DNA of 64,000 nt from an uncultured Chloroflexia bacterium (lineage in GTDB: Bacteria > Chloroflexota > Limnocylindria > Limnocylindrales > CSP1-4), in the NCBI GenBank assembly GCA_963843335.1, contig CAWJKF010000018.1:576097-640096 (forward strand), read 5' to 3'. The notes beneath the pieces were generated by a model that was not told the origin of the DNA, did no database searches, and was given only the letters and a program-made list of their open reading frames with translations. Position numbers and translations under genes: made by a program. Shown here one piece after another: positions 1 through 8,787 of this stretch; the stretch's first letter is position 1; every line of letters starts with the position of its first letter.

Positions 1-572
1 GGAACCCGGCGGCGAAGGATGGGCACGGCGGCAAGCGAGTCGAGGATGTGCCACCGGGCGATGGCTTCCGGTGTCCGGATCGCGGTCAGGTTGATGTGTG
101 GGTTCCAGGCGAGCAGCAGGCGCGCCTGGGCATCGATGACCTGCCACGCGACGTCCGTCAAGGTCAGGTCGAGCGAGCGCAGCCCGTCATGGATCGCGGA
201 CCCGAATGCCGGGTCGGACGCCGGCAATCCATCGGCATCGGTGGGCAGCGCCACCCGAACAGCCGTCGTCGAGGTCGGGTCACCAGGGGGCTCGGTCACC
301 CGGGCAGGGTACGCGTCGGGAGCGACGAACGGACGTCGCCCGCGGTCGTCGTCGCGAACGGCACCGGGGAGTCGCCACTCCCGACGCTGGATCAGGCGCA
401 CCGGCGACGGTTCGGTCTTGTGCCACCCGTCCGGTCTGCGACCCCGGTCTCCCGGCGTCCCGCCCGAGCGGCAGTACCCATACTTGGTCGTGCCCGGTCC
501 CTCGCGGGACCGGTTGGTGCAGGTCTCGCAGTCTCGGACCCGCGCTGCTCCGCGTCGACGGGGTTTATCCAC
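1..572 (-). CDS. rsmG: 16S rRNA m7G527 methyltransferase RsmG (GidB); 3' part leaves the window; start uncertain (GTG 572 or GTG 254)
   Basis: Own minus-strand translation reads ...LTDVAWQVIDAQARLLLAWNPHINLTAIRTPEAIARWHILDSLAAVPIL, the RsmG N-terminal signature. The frame is open from the stop at 576-578 and has high GC3. It is absent from the ORF track because it has no ATG and is truncated. Confidence 0.75.
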   Translation of the reverse strand, partial: MDKPRRRGAARVRDCETCTNRSREGPGTTKYGYCRSGGTPGDRGRRPDGWHKTEPSPVRLIQRREWRLPGAVRDDDRGRRPFVAPDAYPARVTEPPGDPTSTTAVRVALPTDADGLPASDPAFGSAIHDGLRSLDLTLTDVAWQVIDAQARLLLAWNPHINLTAIRTPEAIARWHILDSLAAVPILRRRV

Positions 573-614
573 GAATCAGGCTCGGGACACGTTGTTCGTG
601 GACAACCGGTCGCG

Positions 615-974
615 CTAGGACTCGGCGGCGCTCCGGGCGGATCGCGCCGGACGGCCCATGCTCCGTCGCACGACCTCCATGACCTCCTCGGTATATGCGG
701 CTGCATCCCCCGTCTTGACCGCGGTCACGAGGCACCCGGCGACATGGTCCTCCATCAGCAACAGGCTCACGGCGTCGACCGCGGCACGCAGCGCCGCGGT
801 CTGCTGGAGGATGTCGATGCAGTACTCGTCGCGTTCCACCATGCGCGAGATGCCACGCACCTGGCCCTCCATCCGGGCAAGCCTGCGGAGGACCTGGGCG
901 CGGTCCTTGTCATACCCCCGTGGCGTCGCGGGGCCCTTGCGTGGCGTGGGGTTCGGTTCGTGCTGGTGCGCCAT
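615..974 (-). CDS. csoR: CsoR/RcnR-family metal-sensing transcriptional repressor (119 aa)
   Basis: C-terminal 119 aa of ORF 615..1439 start at MAHQHEPNP and contain LRRLARMEGQVRGISRMVERDEYCIDILQQTAALRAAVDAVSLLLMEDHVAGC, the DUF156 helix pattern with C/H/C ligands. ATG confirmed at 974. Confidence 0.85.
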   Translation of the reverse strand: MAHQHEPNPTPRKGPATPRGYDKDRAQVLRRLARMEGQVRGISRMVERDEYCIDILQQTAALRAAVDAVSLLLMEDHVAGCLVTAVKTGDAAAYTEEVMEVVRRSMGRPARSARSAAES

Positions 975-1032
975 ATCCTCAACCTGTGCCGTGTGCCGTG
1001 GCAGCGCGCCGATGGATGTCCGCGAGACCGCC

Positions 1033-1067
1033 GCCACGGCCCAGAGCATAGCTGGGGTCGCCACGGC
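1033..1067. promoter_or_regulatory. Symmetric element GCCACGGC-CCAG-N7-CTGG-N4-GCCACGGC in the csoR divergent promoter region (possible operator)
   Basis: Read directly from the sequence: gccacggc at 1033-1040 and 1060-1067 flank the inverted pair cccag (1040-1044) / ctggg (1052-1056). Confidence 0.25.
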
Positions 1068-1100
1068 AGCCGAGGCGGAGCATCGGTAGACTTGGCCGGC

Positions 1101-1463
1101 ATGGATGGCGCCGACTGGCTGCGAACCCAGTTGACCTCGTTCGGATGTGCTGCCTGCGGCCAGCCGTACGAGACGGGGCGTATCCGTCTGCTGGCGGAGC
1201 GCGACGGCCTCTACTTCGTGGACCTCGTGTGCGCCGGCTGCGCATCGCAGGCCGTGGCCATCGTGACCGTGGAGCTGGACGAGGACGATGTCCCGCAGGC
1301 CGACGCGGGCGACCTCATCCAGATCGTCCCGGACCTGCGCCGAGCAGCTGCACGACCACCCGTGAACGCCGACGACGTCCTGGACATGCACCTGGTGCTG
1401 CGCGACTTCGCGGGCGACGCGGCTGACCTGCTCGCACACCTGGACTCGGGATCGCAGACGTGA
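1101..1463 (+). CDS. Hypothetical protein with CxxC...CxxC zinc-ribbon-like motif (120 aa)
   Basis: Tail of ORF 48..1463 from ATG 1101: MDGADWLRTQLTSFGCAACGQPY...VCAGCASQ. GC3 is high only in this part. The stop overlaps the next start (GTGA). Confidence 0.55.
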   Translation: MDGADWLRTQLTSFGCAACGQPYETGRIRLLAERDGLYFVDLVCAGCASQAVAIVTVELDEDDVPQADAGDLIQIVPDLRRAAARPPVNADDVLDMHLVLRDFAGDAADLLAHLDSGSQT

Positions 1464-2077
1464 GCGTGATGGTCGACGCAGGTGCCCCGGGCATGGACAT
1501 CCCTCCCGTCGCGGGTGCCGGCGCGATCATCGGGTCGGACGCGGCCGCGGATCGACCGCCGGGTCCCCCGGTCGACCCGCTCCCGGCGGTGCCCCGCCTC
1601 CGGCGGCGACGCGAGCGCATGGCAGAGGGACCCCGGTTCGCTCACGCCAGCGAGGCGGAGCTCGCCCGCATCCTCGACTTCTACCGCGTCCGCTGGGAGT
1701 ACGAGCCGCGCACGTTCCCGGTGCTCTGGAACCTCGAGGGACAGGTGGTCGAGAGCTTCTCACCCGACTTCTACCTGCCCGACATCGACCTGTGGGTGGA
1801 GTTGACGACCCTCCGCCAGAGCCTGGTGCGCAAGAAGAACCGGAAGCTCCGACGGATGCGGGAGCTGTATCCGATGCTGCGGCTGAAGCTGCTCTACGCC
1901 CGCGACTTCCGGGCCCTGATGCTCAAGTACGGTCGCCTGGATATCGCGGCGTCGCTCATCGGCACCGATGGTCAGGTCAGCCGCGAAGCCGATGCCGGTC
2001 CCATGGGCGCATCGCCCCCAGACGTGGCACGATCCGATGGCGCAGCGACGGTCCCGTACGACGACCCCGAACCCTGA
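1460..2077 (+). CDS. Conserved hypothetical protein, possible PD-(D/E)xK nuclease-like fold (alternative start ATG 1619)
   Basis: ORF 1460..2077. Core is FAHASEAELARILDFYRVRWEYEPRTFPV...SPDFYLPDIDLWVELTTLRQSLVRKKNRKL (D...E-x-T/K-like motif). Overlaps the upstream gene by 4 nt. Confidence 0.6.
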   Translation: MSVMVDAGAPGMDIPPVAGAGAIIGSDAAADRPPGPPVDPLPAVPRLRRRRERMAEGPRFAHASEAELARILDFYRVRWEYEPRTFPVLWNLEGQVVESFSPDFYLPDIDLWVELTTLRQSLVRKKNRKLRRMRELYPMLRLKLLYARDFRALMLKYGRLDIAASLIGTDGQVSREADAGPMGASPPDVARSDGAATVPYDDPEP

Positions 2078-2098
2078 TGCCGGAGGCAGCCCCGAGTC

Positions 2099-2655
<557 letters not shown>

Positions 2656-2659
<4 letters not shown>

Positions 2660-3132
2660 GGCGTGGACTGGGTCGCGGGCGAACGCTGGTGGCCGTCGGC
2701 TCGGTGATCGCGGTGGTGGGGGCGTTCCTGCCCTGGACGTTCGCCGGGGGCGACGTGGGTCTGCCGGTCACGACCGCCAATGCGTTCGATGGTGCGGGCA
2801 TCCTCATGTTCATCGCCGCCATCGGGTCGTTGGCGCTGCTCATCCTGCCGTACGCCTCGGCCAGCGGCCGGTCGAGCCTGGACCGATGGGTGAGCTTCGT
2901 GCTGCTGGCCACGCTCATGGTCATCGGTACGCTCCTGCAGCTGGCCCAGCTGTTCTCGGGTGGCGTCCTCAAGCTCCTGCCGCCGCTCGATGTGCTGGGC
3001 ATGTGGCTGGGCATCATCGGCACCATCCTCGTCGTGTGGGGCGCGGGCGAGATCGTGGGCGCCGAGACCTCCTCCCGTTCCCCCGACGGTCATCACCAGA
3101 TGACCACCTTCCGACCCCGACGCCGGAAGTAG
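2656..3132 (+). CDS. Hypothetical integral membrane protein (4 predicted TM segments)
   Basis: ORF 2656..3132 has hydrophobic stretches VAVGSVIAVVGAFL, ILMFIAAIGSLALLIL, FVLLATLMVIGTLL and MWLGIIGTILVVW. ATGA overlap with hpt. Confidence 0.6.
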
Positions 3133-3157
3133 CAACCCACAGGTAGAGGGGTCCGAC

Positions 3158-4534
3158 ATGGCGGTCATCCGGTTCCTGGGTGGGGCGCGCACCGTGACGG
3201 GGAGCAAGTACCTGCTCGACCACGAAGGCGCGCAGGTCATGGTCGACTGCGGCATGTTCCAGGGAGGCAAGGAGCTCCGCCTCCGGAACTGGCAGCCGAT
3301 CCCGGTCGACGTCGACGCGCTCTCGTCGGTCGTCCTCACCCACGCCCACCTGGATCACTGCGGCTACCTGCCCCGGATCCATGCCGATGGGTTCGAGGGA
3401 CCCATCCACGCTACGGCGGGCACCATCGCCCTCGCGTCGATCATCCTGCCCGACTCCGCCCACCTCCAGGAGGAGGAGGCGCGCCACGCCAACGAGGCGG
3501 GCTACTCGAAGCATCAGCCGGCGCTGCCGCTGTACGACACCGCGGATGTCGCCGGGACGCTGCCCCTGTTCCAGCCACTGGACCTGGGGGTCCGACGTCA
3601 GATCGCGAACGGCGTCACGACGACCCTCGCTCGCGCCGGCCACATCCTGGGGTCATCGATCGCCCACATGGACCTGGGTGGCACCTCCATCGTGTTCAGT
3701 GGTGACCTGGGCCGTCCCAGCCACCCACTGCTGCTAGGCCCCGAGCCCATCGGTGACGCCGACTGGATCGTGGTCGAGAGCACCTACGGCGACCGGACGC
3801 ACGACGACGCCCTCGCCCTCGATCATCTCCGGGATGTCGTCACACGAACCATCGCGCGTCGCGGGACCGTGGTCATCCCCGCCTTCGCGGTCGATCGGAC
3901 GGAGGTGCTGCTCCACCACCTCGGAGCGCTCGCGGATCGCGGGGAGCTGCCGGCGGTGCCGGTGTATGTCGACAGTCCGATGGCGCTCGGTTCGCTGCGG
4001 GCGTATCGCACAGCGATCGCAGCCCGCTCGTCGGAGTTCCGATCCGAGGTCCTCGATGACCCCACGCCGTTCCTGGACGACCGCGTCGTCGAGGTCCGCG
4101 ATGCCGAAGCGTCGAAGCGGCTGACCGCGTCGGACGAGCCCAAGATCATCATCTCGGCCAGCGGCATGGCCACCGGCGGGCGGGTCGTCCATCACCTGGC
4201 GCGATACCTGGCCGAGCCCGAGAGCTCGGTCGTGCTCGTCGGCTATCAGGCGGACGGCACCCGCGGTCGCGCGCTGCTGGGCGGCGCGCGCGAGCTGAAG
4301 ATGCTCGGCCAGTACGTGCGCGTTCGGGCGGAGGTCGTCAACCTGCCATCATTCAGCGTCCATGCCGATGCGGACGAGCTGCTCGCCTGGCTCCTGACTG
4401 CCAGCCGACGCCCCAAGGGGGTGTTCGTCGTCCATGGTGAGGTGGGCCCCGCACGGATCCTCGCCAGCCGCATCGAGGACGAGCTCGATTGGACGGCGAT
4501 CGTGCCTCAGCTGGACGAGACGATCCGGCTCTGA
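3158..4534 (+). CDS. MBL-fold metallo-hydrolase with beta-CASP/RNA-metabolising domain
   Basis: HAHLDHCGYLP metal motif and GSKYLLD...MVDCGMFQG at the N-terminus; C-terminal SFSVHADADELLAW is typical of beta-CASP motif C. Confidence 0.85.
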   Translation: MAVIRFLGGARTVTGSKYLLDHEGAQVMVDCGMFQGGKELRLRNWQPIPVDVDALSSVVLTHAHLDHCGYLPRIHADGFEGPIHATAGTIALASIILPDSAHLQEEEARHANEAGYSKHQPALPLYDTADVAGTLPLFQPLDLGVRRQIANGVTTTLARAGHILGSSIAHMDLGGTSIVFSGDLGRPSHPLLLGPEPIGDADWIVVESTYGDRTHDDALALDHLRDVVTRTIARRGTVVIPAFAVDRTEVLLHHLGALADRGELPAVPVYVDSPMALGSLRAYRTAIAARSSEFRSEVLDDPTPFLDDRVVEVRDAEASKRLTASDEPKIIISASGMATGGRVVHHLARYLAEPESSVVLVGYQADGTRGRALLGGARELKMLGQYVRVRAEVVNLPSFSVHADADELLAWLLTASRRPKGVFVVHGEVGPARILASRIEDELDWTAIVPQLDETIRL

Positions 4535-4692
4535 TCGGGACACCCGGCGGTGCATCGTCGCCGCATGCTGGAGGTGACGAGAGCCGTTCTGCAGGGTCCG
4601 CACCCAGATCGTCACGGGCGCGATGTTGCCTCGCGCGGTCAGGCGTGGTAGAACCCACCTTGCCGGCGTCATGTGTCGTGGGAGGATTGACG

Positions 4693-6354
4693 ATGCCGTG
4701 CGCTTCTTCAGACACTGGGAGGAACCGATCGATCCGACGGAGCCGTCCTGCGCTCCTCACCTCGGTGCTGCTGGTGACCACGCTCGTGGTCTCGGCATGC
4801 GCCAGCACTGCCCCGACGCCGAAGCCGGCCACGCCTGCACCGACGCCGAGCGCGGCTGCGAGCGTGGCGCCGACGACTGCCGTCGCCAGCCAGCCGGTCG
4901 TCGCGTCGCCGACGGTAGCGCCAACTGTCGCGCCCACCCTGGCCCCGACCGTGGCACCAACCCTGGCCCCGACCGTGGCACCAACCCTGGCCCCGACCCT
5001 CGCGCCCACCATGGCGCCGACGATCGCCCCGACCGTGGCGCCCACCGTCGCGCCGACTGTGGCACCCACGGTCGCCCCGACCGTGGCACCCACGGTCGCC
5101 CCGACTCTCGCGCCAACCGTGGCCCCGACCGTGGCACCCACGGTCGCGCCGACCCCGGCACCGACTCCAACGCCAACGGTCGCCCCGACCCTCGCGCCCA
5201 CCCTCGCCCCGACCGTGGCACCCACCGTCGCGCCGACGCCGGCGCCGACGCCAACCGTCGCCCCGACCTTGGCGCCCACCCTCGCACCGACTGTCGCCCC
5301 GACCGCGGCACCGACGCCAACGCCAACGGTTGCCCCGACCCTGGCGCCCACCCTCGCACCGACAGTCGCCCCGACCGCGGCACCGACGCCAACGCCAACG
5401 GTTGCCCCGACCCTGGCGCCCACCCTCGCACCGACAGTCGCGCCGACGCCGGCACCAACACCAACGCCGACCGTGGCCCCGACAGTCGCGCCCACCCTGG
5501 CCCCGACGGTCGCCCCGACCCCGGCGCCCACCCTCGCCCCGACAGTCGCGCCGACCGCGGCACCCACGGTCGCCCCCAGCATCGTCGTCCCGAACGACCT
5601 GCTGGCCAAGATCAAGGAAGCCGGCGTGATCCGGGTGAGCATCGAGCCCAACTACGCGCCCTACTCCATGCAGAACCCGGACGGGTCGTTCACGGGCTTC
5701 AACGTGGACGTGGCGACGGAGATCGCCAAGCGGCTTGGCGTGACCGTGCAGTTCGAGATCCCCAGCTTCGACCTGGTCGTCGCTGGTGGCTGGAACGACC
5801 GCTGGGACATGAGCGTCGGCTCGGTGACCATCACCCAGTCCCGCAAGGAGGTCCTCGACTTCACCCGGCCGTACGCCTACAACCCAGCGCAGTTCGCCGC
5901 CACGACGGCATCGGGTATCACGACCATCGACGGCTTCGCGAACCAGAAGATCTGCGTCGGCGCGGCGACGACCTACCAGCAGTGGCTCGAGGGCTCGCTG
6001 GTGCTCGTCGATGCCCCGCCGCCGGCCACACCGCCCGCCGGTGCGACCGCCTTCCCCCTCGACACCGACCAGGTGTGTGCCCAGAACGTCCAGTCAGGGC
6101 GCGCTGACTTCACGGGCTGGCTGTCCAGCGCGGACACCGTCGAGGACGCCATCAAGAACGGCACGCCCATGGTCGAGGTCGGGGACCCGGTCTTCTTCGA
6201 GTCGCTCGGCGTGGCATTCGACAACACCGTGCCCGACAACGCCTCGCTGGTCGCCTCGGTGGACACGATCATCGGCCAGATGCGAGACGACGGCACCCTG
6301 CTGACGCTCTCCAAGAAGTGGTTCGACGGCAAGGACCGGGTCACCGCCCAGTAA
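4693..6354 (+). CDS. Lipoprotein: polar amino-acid ABC transporter substrate-binding protein with very long Pro/Thr/Ala tether
   Basis: ATG 4693 is preceded by GGAGGA. Signal plus lipobox LVVSAC. C-terminal SBP_bac_3-like domain: GVIRVSIEPNYAPYSMQNPDGSFTGFNVDVATEIAKRLG... Confidence 0.9.
   Translation: MPCASSDTGRNRSIRRSRPALLTSVLLVTTLVVSACASTAPTPKPATPAPTPSAAASVAPTTAVASQPVVASPTVAPTVAPTLAPTVAPTLAPTVAPTLAPTLAPTMAPTIAPTVAPTVAPTVAPTVAPTVAPTVAPTLAPTVAPTVAPTVAPTPAPTPTPTVAPTLAPTLAPTVAPTVAPTPAPTPTVAPTLAPTLAPTVAPTAAPTPTPTVAPTLAPTLAPTVAPTAAPTPTPTVAPTLAPTLAPTVAPTPAPTPTPTVAPTVAPTLAPTVAPTPAPTLAPTVAPTAAPTVAPSIVVPNDLLAKIKEAGVIRVSIEPNYAPYSMQNPDGSFTGFNVDVATEIAKRLGVTVQFEIPSFDLVVAGGWNDRWDMSVGSVTITQSRKEVLDFTRPYAYNPAQFAATTASGITTIDGFANQKICVGAATTYQQWLEGSLVLVDAPPPATPPAGATAFPLDTDQVCAQNVQSGRADFTGWLSSADTVEDAIKNGTPMVEVGDPVFFESLGVAFDNTVPDNASLVASVDTIIGQMRDDGTLLTLSKKWFDGKDRVTAQ
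4906..5577 (+). repeat. Coding low-complexity tandem repeat (A-P-T-x)n, about 224 codons, with an internal 72-nt duplication
   Basis: APTVAPTLAPTV... is read continuously. The 72-nt unit repeats at about 5279-5350 and 5351-5422. Confidence 0.9.
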
Positions 6355-6381
6355 TCGCTCGTCAGACCAGGCACCGATAAC

Positions 6382-6411
6382 GAACGGGGTCGCCTTCGGG
6401 CGGCCCCGTTC
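6382..6411 (+). terminator. Hairpin (13-bp stem, UUCG loop) between the binding-protein and permease genes; attenuator/terminator candidate
   Basis: gaacggggtcgcc-ttcg-ggcggccccgttc, followed by ttgattcg. Confidence 0.4.
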
Positions 6412-6439
6412 TTGATTCGTCCCCGGAGGAGGAGGTCGT

Positions 6440-7252
6440 ATGGCAGCGATCGAGGGATCGGGAGCGGTGGTACCCCCAGCGCCCATCGTGCAGGCCATCG
6501 CGGCCGCGCAGCGTCGGCGCAAGCTGAGCTACCAGCTGATCTTCGGGGCGACCTGGTTCGTGCTCATCGCGGCCATCGTGCTCGCGCTCACGACCCGGTT
6601 CGACTGGGCGTTCCTGGCCAAGTGGTGGCAGTTCATCCTGGCGGGCGCGGAGGTGACCATCGAGCTCACCGTCTGCTCCATCCTGCTCGCCTGTGTGCTC
6701 GCCGTCCTGGGCGCGCTCGGGCGCTTGTCACCCAACCCGGTCGCCAACGGCATCGCCTCTCTGTATGTGTCACTCATCCGGGGCACGCCGCTGCTGGTCC
6801 AGATCTTCGTCTGGGCGTTCGGGCTGGCCGAGCTGGGGCTGGTGCTGCCCCTGTTCTGGGCCGGGGTCATCGCGCTGGGCGTCAACTACGGCGCCTACAT
6901 GACGGAGATCTTCCGCGCCGGCATCCAGGCGGTCCCACGCGGCCAGCGAGAGGCGGCACAGGCATTGGGCATGCCGGAGCGGCTCATCATGCGTCGGATC
7001 GTCATGCCCCAGGCAATCCGGATCGTCATCCCGGCCATCGGCAACGACTTCATCGCGATGATCAAGGACACCTCGCTGGTGATCGTCATCGGCATCCAGG
7101 AGCTGCTGTTCCGGGCCCAGTCGGCCGGACGCCAGACCATCAACATCATGGAGGCGTCGCTGTTCGCGGCGGTCGTCTACTGGATCCTGACCCTCTTCTT
7201 CTCGTACCTCGAGCAGCGCCTCGAACGGCGCATGGCCCGGAGCGATCGCTGA
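6440..7252 (+). CDS. Polar amino-acid ABC transporter permease (HisMQ/GlnP family)
   Basis: ORF 6440..7252 contains the EAA-like loop GIQAVPRGQREAAQALGM and multiple TM segments. GGAGGAGG lies upstream. Confidence 0.9.
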   Translation: MAAIEGSGAVVPPAPIVQAIAAAQRRRKLSYQLIFGATWFVLIAAIVLALTTRFDWAFLAKWWQFILAGAEVTIELTVCSILLACVLAVLGALGRLSPNPVANGIASLYVSLIRGTPLLVQIFVWAFGLAELGLVLPLFWAGVIALGVNYGAYMTEIFRAGIQAVPRGQREAAQALGMPERLIMRRIVMPQAIRIVIPAIGNDFIAMIKDTSLVIVIGIQELLFRAQSAGRQTINIMEASLFAAVVYWILTLFFSYLEQRLERRMARSDR

Positions 7253-8025
7253 TGGAGCTGGGTGAGGTCGTCGTCTCCGCCACCGGCATCGAGAAGTACT
7301 TCGGGCAGAACCATGTGCTGCGCGGCGTGAGCATGGACGTGCGCCAGCACGAGACCGTGATGCTCATCGGTCGGTCCGGCAGCGGCAAGACGACCATGCT
7401 CCGGTGCATGAACTTCCTGGAGGAACCGACCGTCGGGTCCGTGCGCATCGGTGACATCACCGTCAGCGCGGACCCGCTCAACACCCGGAACCGGGCGCAT
7501 CGGGAGCAGATCAGGAAGCTGCGGCTGCAAGCCGGCATGGTGTTCCAGGACTTCAACCTGTTCCCGCACATGACGGTGCTCCAGAACTGCATCGAGGCGC
7601 CCACGAAGGTGAAGGGCATCCCCCGCGACCAGGCGGTCGCGACCGCCGAGCGCTACCTGGACAAGGTCCAGATGCTCCACAAACGCGATGAGTACCCGTC
7701 CCGGCTGTCAGGCGGCCAGAAGCAGCGCGTGGCCATCGCCCGCGCGCTGTCGATGGATCCCCAGGTGCTCATGTTCGACGAACCCACGAGCGCGCTCGAC
7801 CCGGAGCTGGTGGGCGAGGTGCTGCTGGTCATGGAGACCCTCGCTCACGAAGGTTCGACGATGATCGTCGTCTCCCACGAGATGCAGTTCTGTCGCGAGG
7901 CCGCGGACCGGGTGCTGTTCATGGAGGGCGGTGTGGTGCTCGAGGAGGGACCACCGGAGCAGGTGCTCAACGAACCCCGGGAAGAGGCCACCCGTCAGTT
8001 CCTCCGGCGCTTCCTGGACGCCTGA
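7252..8025 (+). CDS. Polar amino-acid ABC transporter ATP-binding protein
   Basis: Starts at the ATG overlapping the permease stop. Walker A GRSGSGKTT, signature LSGGQKQRVAIARAL, Walker B LMFDEPTSALD. Confidence 0.95.
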   Translation: MELGEVVVSATGIEKYFGQNHVLRGVSMDVRQHETVMLIGRSGSGKTTMLRCMNFLEEPTVGSVRIGDITVSADPLNTRNRAHREQIRKLRLQAGMVFQDFNLFPHMTVLQNCIEAPTKVKGIPRDQAVATAERYLDKVQMLHKRDEYPSRLSGGQKQRVAIARALSMDPQVLMFDEPTSALDPELVGEVLLVMETLAHEGSTMIVVSHEMQFCREAADRVLFMEGGVVLEEGPPEQVLNEPREEATRQFLRRFLDA

Positions 8026-8028
8026 GGG

Positions 8029-8787
8029 TCAGATCTCTCCGAGATAGGCCTTCCGGACGTCCTCGTTCGCGGCCAGCCCGGCGGCACTGTCGGCCAGGAT
8101 GACCTTGCCCGTCTGAAGCACATAGCCTCGGTGCGCAATGGCGAGAGCCTGCATCGCGTTCTGCTCTACGAGCAGGATCGTGATGCCCTGCTGGTTGATC
8201 TCCGTGATGAGCGAGAAGATCTGCTGGACCAGGATGGGCGAGAGGCCCAGGGACGGCTCATCGAGGAGCAGCAGTCGGGGCCGCGACATCAGTGCCCGGC
8301 CGATGGCCAGCATCTGCTGCTCACCGCCGGAGAGAGAGCCGCCCTTCTGGGTCAGCCGCTCGCGGAGGCGCGGGAAGAGGACGAGCGCCTTCTCCATGTC
8401 CTCATCGCGTTCCGCCGCGGTGCGGGTGAAGCCACCCATATGGAGGTTCTCGAGCACGGTCATGCGCGAGAAGATCCGGCGACCTTCCGGGGCGTGACCG
8501 ATACCCGCCCTGACCAGGGAGTGGGCGGCCGTTCTGCTGATGTCCTGGCCCTCGAAGGTGACCGTGCCGACCTTGGGGTGCAGGAGCCCGCTGATAGTCT
8601 TGAGTGTCGTCGTCTTGCCCGCACCGTTCGCTCCCAGGAGCGTCACGATCTCGCCCGCGTTGACCGTCAGGTCGATGCCCTGCAACGCGTGGATCCGGCC
8701 GTAGTACGTGTTGACGTTGTCTAGATGGAGCATCTCCGTAGCGACGGCCGTCCTCGTTTCGGACATCGCTGGTGCCATGGCAGTCAT
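8029..8787 (-). CDS. livF: Branched-chain amino-acid ABC transporter ATP-binding protein LivF
   Basis: GANGAGKTTTLKTISG, LSGGEQQMLAIGRALM, LLLLDEPSLGLSP. ATGA overlap with livG. Confidence 0.9.
   Translation of the reverse strand: MTAMAPAMSETRTAVATEMLHLDNVNTYYGRIHALQGIDLTVNAGEIVTLLGANGAGKTTTLKTISGLLHPKVGTVTFEGQDISRTAAHSLVRAGIGHAPEGRRIFSRMTVLENLHMGGFTRTAAERDEDMEKALVLFPRLRERLTQKGGSLSGGEQQMLAIGRALMSRPRLLLLDEPSLGLSPILVQQIFSLITEINQQGITILLVEQNAMQALAIAHRGYVLQTGKVILADSAAGLAANEDVRKAYLGEI

Noticed and set aside
19-1463. Plus-strand ORFs 19..618, 48..1463 (N-terminal 350 aa) and 206..682 covering the first 600 bp
   Set aside because: Their composition is not protein-like and their GC3 is low. The minus strand there encodes a recognisable RsmG N-terminus.
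4906-5577. Possible CRISPR array or non-coding satellite at the two tandem-repeat regions (4906-5577 and 15619-15933)
   Set aside because: The repeats are contiguous with no unique spacers, are multiples of 3 nt, and are in frame within coding sequence. There are no cas genes anywhere in the window.
4353-5651. 432-aa minus-strand ORF full of GATVGARVGA repeats (and the other long ORFs overlapping 4623-6107)
   Set aside because: It is the antisense/off-frame image of the (APTx)n coding repeat. It has no start context, and the plus-strand frame carries a lipoprotein signal and a clear SBP domain.
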